A DNA stretch of 64,000 bases from Bilabrum cf. latius (taxonomy: Eukaryota): the NCBI GenBank assembly GCA_965178125.1, contig OZ237742.1, positions 992,001-1,056,000 on the forward strand, in the 5' to 3' direction. Under the pieces are notes generated by a model, which saw only the letters and a list, made by a program, of their open reading frames with translations, had not been told where the DNA came from and did no database searches. Positions within the stretch are counted from its first letter, which is position 1. Every line of letters begins with the position of its first letter. The position numbers and the translations under genes were made by a program. Positions 63,382 through 64,000 of this stretch are shown here, in pieces.

Positions 63382-64000
63382 TCACGAATAGGGCGGGGGG
63401 GCCACCGCGCCAGGTGCCCCCCCAGGCGAACCCCCTCCATAGTACGGCGGCGGCGCGTTGCTGGCATATGGGTTCTGCGCCGACGGGGGCGGGCCGGCCC
63501 CGAACAAGGCCCCTCCAGGGGAACTTCCTCCCGCCGGGGGCGCCGTGGCACCGATCCCGCCATCCTCCCCAGCACCAGCACCCTCACCGGCCGCTGGAGT
63601 ACCAGCGCCGCCTGCCCCCGAGCTCGGTCCCTCCCGTGCCTGTGCCTTGGACGCTGCCCCGATCTTCTCCTCTCTCCACTCGATGATCCTCGACCGCAGC
63701 CCGTGGTTGGGAAACACGGTGTTGGTGGTCATGTCGGCGCCCGTCTTGGGGCTCCTCATGTTTCCCTTGGCAAACCACGAGAGCACGCTCGCGCGCTCGT
63801 ACGTGTGCCCGTCCGACGCAATGACGGGGTCGTTCATGACCTCGTACGTGATGGGGCACATGAACTCCTCGGGGGCGTCGTCATCGTCTAGCCCGAGTTC
63901 ATCGAACCGAGCCGCAAGCTTCTCGCCGACCTCCTGCTCGTGGGTCTTGGCGGGGGCCGCGGGGGTTGCCCCGCCCGCAACCCCGCCCCCCGCGGCACCC
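63382..64000 (-). CDS. U-box domain protein, 3' part (5' end beyond window)
   Basis: PEEFMCPITYEVMNDPVIASDGHTYER..WF..SPKTG..PNHGLRSRI, Pro-rich tail with PPPY; ends at TGA. Confidence 0.88.
   Translation of the reverse strand, partial: GAAGGGVAGGATPAAPAKTHEQEVGEKLAARFDELGLDDDDAPEEFMCPITYEVMNDPVIASDGHTYERASVLSWFAKGNMRSPKTGADMTTNTVFPNHGLRSRIIEWREEKIGAASKAQAREGPSSGAGGAGTPAAGEGAGAGEDGGIGATAPPAGGSSPGGALFGAGPPPSAQNPYASNAPPPYYGGGSPGGAPGAVAPPPYS

Noticed and set aside
1-64000. Pseudogenes, C-to-T damage or sequencing error as the source of internal stops
   Set aside because: Decay or deamination would also create TAA (from CAA), TGA (from CGA) and frameshifts. Only TAG occurs, in essential genes with intact frames.

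Overview
GC-rich, gene-dense nuclear DNA from a flagellated microbial eukaryote. It has short GT-AG introns (~90-170 nt), ciliary genes (CFAP99, CASC1/DNAI7-like) and mitochondrion-targeted proteins. The gene style suggests a heterotrophic stramenopile, but that is inference. The main signal is a non-standard genetic code: nearly every gene is broken by in-frame TAG codons only, never by TAA or TGA, while real gene ends use TGA (16 of my gene models) or TAA (3). Motif context points to UAG = Gln. Read this way, the fragmented ORF track collapses into about 19 genes. These include an intron-less ~7,430-aa surface/transmembrane protein (1593-23885), an MSP-MAP3K-SH3 kinase, a bacterial-type CoaD with a mitochondrial-like presequence, DCP2 with a 282-bp tandem repeat, a Vps39-like protein, an EF-hand/guanylate kinase fusion, CFAP99, two head-to-head SDHAF2 paralogs, CASC1-like, RPL18, NLE1, a DIPP-type Nudix hydrolase, a SPRY-domain protein and a U-box protein. 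I found no tRNA, rRNA, CRISPR array or mobile element. All translations were done by eye and no database searches were run.
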